64,000 bases of DNA from Planctomycetota bacterium (GTDB lineage: Bacteria > Planctomycetota > UBA1135 > GCA-002686595). The notes beneath the pieces were generated by a model. That model had not been told where the DNA came from and ran no database searches. It saw only the letters and a program-made list of their open reading frames with translations. This document shows positions 61,546 to 64,000 of the stretch, one piece after another. Made by a program: the position numbers and the translations under genes. Within the stretch, counting starts at the first letter, position 1. The number at the start of each line of letters is the position of its first letter. The stretch is taken from contig JAEUIA010000097.1 of NCBI GenBank assembly GCA_016795245.1, positions 20,267-84,266 of the forward strand, in the 5' to 3' direction.

Positions 61546-62817
61546 CTACTCGTGGCGCAGGGCTTCGACCGGATCCATGTTCGCCGCTCTCCACGCCGGG
61601 TAGAGACCGAACACGATTCCGATCAAGGCCGAGATGCCGAACGCGAGCAGCGGGTCGGTGGCCTTGATGATCGCCGGCAGGTCGTAGTTCTTCTCGACGT
61701 ACAGCGGGATCAACAATCCCAGACCCACTCCCAAGATGCCCCCGCCGACCGAGAGGATGACGCACTCGACCAGGAACTGTGTCGTGATGTGGCGCTTCTT
61801 GGCGCCGAGTGCTCTCCGAATGCCGATCTCGCGCGTGCGCTCCGTCACCGTCGCGAGCATCACGTTCATGATGCCGATGCCGCCGACGAGCAACGAGATG
61901 CCCGCGATCGCGCCGAGCACGATCGTCCAGGTGCGCGCCGTCTCTTCCGCCTGACGCATGAGTTCCAGCGGTACGACGACCTCGTAGTCCTTCTGCTTGT
62001 GCTGGCTCGCGAGCATGTGCCGCGCGGCCGAAGCGACGAGCAGCACGTTGTCTGGGCTCTCGACCTCGACGATGACCTCGTGCAACTGGACTTCTTCCAT
62101 GTCGCGCGAGCCGCTGCGGATCTTGACCTGGACGTCGCCAAACCACTTGCGCCCCGTCTCCAGCGGCAGGAACAGCTCGCCGGTCACGTCTGCACCGGGC
62201 TGCGGTTGATCGCTGCCGAGCGGCACGCGCGGCAGCAGGACGCCGACGCAGGTGAAGTAGTCGGGACCGATCTTGATCTCCTGCCCGACCGTGGATTCGA
62301 ACGGCGATAGGAAGCGCGCCACTTCGTAACCGAGCACGCACACGTTGCTCACGCGGCGCTCGTCTTCGTCGGACAGGAAGCGGCCTTCGGACAGCGGCCT
62401 GCCTGTGACTTGAATGTACTGCGGCACCGTCGCCAGGACGCGCGGATTGAGTGCGCGCATGCCCAGGCGCACTTCCTGCTGTAGTTGGCGCACAGGAATC
62501 GCGCGCTTCACACCCGGAAACGTCGTCGACGCACGCAGAAAGTCGGAGTCGGTCAAGCCGTAACTCGAAATGCGTGTCGTTTCGCGTCCCGACACGACAT
62601 CGTCCGGCGGCTTGACGCTGCGCATGATCACGTTCTGGCTGCCGAGCTGACGGATCTGATCCTGCGCCTTCTTCGCGGCGCCCTCGCCGATCGCGAGCAT
62701 CGCGATGACGGACGAAACGCCGAACGTGACGCCCAAGGTCGTGAGCACACTGCGCAATTTGTGCAACAGCAGGCTGTGCACGCCCAGGCGCACCGTGCGA
62801 CCGAAAGTGCCCTTCAC
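61546..62817 (-). CDS. ABC transporter permease, MacB/FtsX type
   Basis: 423 aa with a GTG start. (M)KGTFGRTVRLGVHSLLLHKLRSVLTTLGVTFGVSSVIAMLAIGEGA is followed by a large periplasmic domain and then the C-terminal FtsX-type TMs, ending GLYPAWRAANMDPVEALRHE. Confidence 0.88.
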   Translation of the reverse strand: MKGTFGRTVRLGVHSLLLHKLRSVLTTLGVTFGVSSVIAMLAIGEGAAKKAQDQIRQLGSQNVIMRSVKPPDDVVSGRETTRISSYGLTDSDFLRASTTFPGVKRAIPVRQLQQEVRLGMRALNPRVLATVPQYIQVTGRPLSEGRFLSDEDERRVSNVCVLGYEVARFLSPFESTVGQEIKIGPDYFTCVGVLLPRVPLGSDQPQPGADVTGELFLPLETGRKWFGDVQVKIRSGSRDMEEVQLHEVIVEVESPDNVLLVASAARHMLASQHKQKDYEVVVPLELMRQAEETARTWTIVLGAIAGISLLVGGIGIMNVMLATVTERTREIGIRRALGAKKRHITTQFLVECVILSVGGGILGVGLGLLIPLYVEKNYDLPAIIKATDPLLAFGISALIGIVFGLYPAWRAANMDPVEALRHE

Positions 62818-63533
62818 GCCTTCACTCCGGTGCGGTTCTCGAGCACTTCGTCGATCTTGCCGTCGCGCAGGCGCAGCGTGCGTTCCGCGCGCTGCCCGAC
62901 CGTGCGCTCGTGCGTCACGAGCAGGATCGTCTTGCCTTCCGCGTGCAACTCGTCGAACAGGTCGAGGATCTCCAGCGCGGTCTTGCTGTCCAGGTTGCCC
63001 GTGGCCTCGTCGGCCAGCACGATCGCCGGATCGTTGACCAGAGCGCGCGCGATCGCGACACGCTGTTGCTGCCCACCGGACAATTCCATCGGCCGGTGCT
63101 CGAGACGCGAACCGAGCCCGACGCGCTCCGCGAGCTTCGTCGCGCGCTCTTCGCCGTCCGGCGGCGGATCGTCCTGGTAGAAGAGCGGCACCAGGATGTT
63201 CTCGAGCACGTTGAGCTGCGGAATCAGGTTGTAGCTCTGAAATACGAAACCGATGTCGCGGCTGCGCAGGTTCGAGAGTTCGTCGTCGTCCAGCGTCGAG
63301 ACTTCTTGACCGCGCACGCGATACGAGCCGCTCGAGGGCCGGTCGATACAGCCCAGGATGTTCAGCAGGGTCGACTTGCCGGAGCCCGACGAACCCATGA
63401 TCGACCAGTACTCGCCCTTCGCGAAGCTGAACGAGAATTCGTCCAACGCGCGCACGACGTTCGTGCCCATCTTGTAGTGGCGCGTGACGCGTGTGAGCTC
63501 AGCGACCTTTTCGGCCTGTGCGCGTTCAGCCAC
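62814..63533 (-). CDS. ABC transporter ATP-binding protein (MacB/LolD-type)
   Basis: Motifs are GSSGSGKSTLLNILG, LSGGQQQRVAIARAL and LADEATGNLD. The GTG at 63533 (VAERAQAEKVAELTRVTRHYK) overlaps the upstream gene's stop by 8 nt. The track start at 63809 lies inside that gene. Confidence 0.88.
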   Translation of the reverse strand: MAERAQAEKVAELTRVTRHYKMGTNVVRALDEFSFSFAKGEYWSIMGSSGSGKSTLLNILGCIDRPSSGSYRVRGQEVSTLDDDELSNLRSRDIGFVFQSYNLIPQLNVLENILVPLFYQDDPPPDGEERATKLAERVGLGSRLEHRPMELSGGQQQRVAIARALVNDPAIVLADEATGNLDSKTALEILDLFDELHAEGKTILLVTHERTVGQRAERTLRLRDGKIDEVLENRTGVKA

Positions 63534-64000
63534 GCTTGTTGCCCGAGTCGGCTCCAGGCGCAACGGGTGATGCGGGTGCTGGAGTCTCCGCGCCTGACTT
63601 GCCGGGGCTGCGATCGGAATCGCCTGCGCCGCGACCTGAACCACCTGCGCCGTCGCTGGGTTGACCTTCCGTGGTCGCGGGTTTCGTCGCGGCGCCGCCC
63701 TCGGGGTTGTTGCGCCGGCGGCGCGGCGTCCCTTCTCCACTCGCACCTTCAGGGCGAGTGCGCGCGCCGCCCTCGCCCGCGCTCGACGGTCCGTTTCCTG
63801 CGCGCTCACCGTTCGCGGGCAGGTTGCCGCTCGGCACGTTCATCGCGGGCTGCCCCGCCGTCGCAGCCTCACTCGGACCGTTGTGGGCGACCTCCTCGGC
63901 ACCCTGCGGAGTGAATCCGGCGGGCGGAGCGAGCAGCACTTCCTCGCCCTCGGTGAGACCGGACAGCACTTCGACCTTCGCGTCGTTGCTGCGACCGACC
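63526..64000 (-). CDS. Periplasmic adaptor (HlyD/MacA-like) C-terminus with a long Gly/Pro/Ala/Glu-rich tail (5' end off the window)
   Basis: The reading frame is open to the right edge. ...VEVLSGLTEGEEVLLAPP is a typical end of the adaptor beta-barrel domain, and ~130 aa of low-complexity tail follow. It is first gene of the adaptor-ATPase-permease string. Confidence 0.6.
   Translation of the reverse strand, partial: VGRSNDAKVEVLSGLTEGEEVLLAPPAGFTPQGAEEVAHNGPSEAATAGQPAMNVPSGNLPANGERAGNGPSSAGEGGARTRPEGASGEGTPRRRRNNPEGGAATKPATTEGQPSDGAGGSGRGAGDSDRSPGKSGAETPAPASPVAPGADSGNKRG

Noticed and set aside
1-64000. The whole window examined for a genomic island, prophage, IS element or toxin-antitoxin pair.
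   Set aside because: No integrase, transposase, phage structural gene, tRNA attachment site or small paired TA-like ORFs were recognised. The only mobile-like signals are the small palindromic or inverted-repeat elements reported above.

Overview
This is a very GC-rich bacterial chromosomal segment, about two-thirds G+C by eye (not computed). I recognised no rRNA, tRNA, CRISPR array, transposase, integrase or prophage genes.

Gene content from left to right:
- Two divergently oriented family-5 peptide ABC importers. One is an OppA/B/C-type set running off the left edge. The other is a YejABEF-like set with a fused double ATPase.
- A HAD hydrolase.
- An accessory envelope block: a lipoprotein built from three ~224-aa internal repeats, a secreted beta-propeller protein, and two tandem TPR-secretin lipoproteins.
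- A ~0.94 kb gene-free gap.
- Family-4 uracil-DNA glycosylase, a TPR lipoprotein, a SPOR-like membrane protein, a 'small basic protein' with an Ala/Lys tail, and QueE.
- A glycan modification and synthesis region: AlgX/AlgJ-like + MBOAT + AmpG/PAT-family MFS, then Der GTPase and a coupled lipoprotein, then GT2- and GT4-type glycosyltransferase genes, a haem-binding-domain protein and a HEAT lipoprotein.
- A tandem array of four secreted CHRD-domain paralogues.
- A dcw cluster in the order mraZ-rsmH-ftsL-ftsI-murE-murF-mraY-ftsW-(LysM)-murG-murC-murB. It has no murD, ddl or ftsQ/A/Z in place.
- A repeat-dense intergenic region.
- A MacAB-like efflux operon running off the right edge.

The small basic protein and the truncated dcw cluster are reminiscent of PVC/Planctomycetota-like genomes. 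That placement is inference only.

The most unusual signals are:
1. The four-copy CHRD + Cys-rich-module array, in which each copy keeps a positionally conserved upstream motif.
2. A C-terminal tail motif shared by the CHRD proteins and the beta-propeller protein that sits next to the secretin pair.
3. A long palindromic element present in two copies (112-bp shared core) whose sequence differences are compensatory across the arms.
4. A 39-bp perfect-stem, locally AT-richer hairpin element.
5. Tandem 32-bp units, each carrying a 22-bp perfect palindrome.

The ORF track treats GTG and TTG as starts, and many long ORFs are GC-driven shadow frames. I re-derived starts where the sequence allowed. 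Nothing here was checked against databases.
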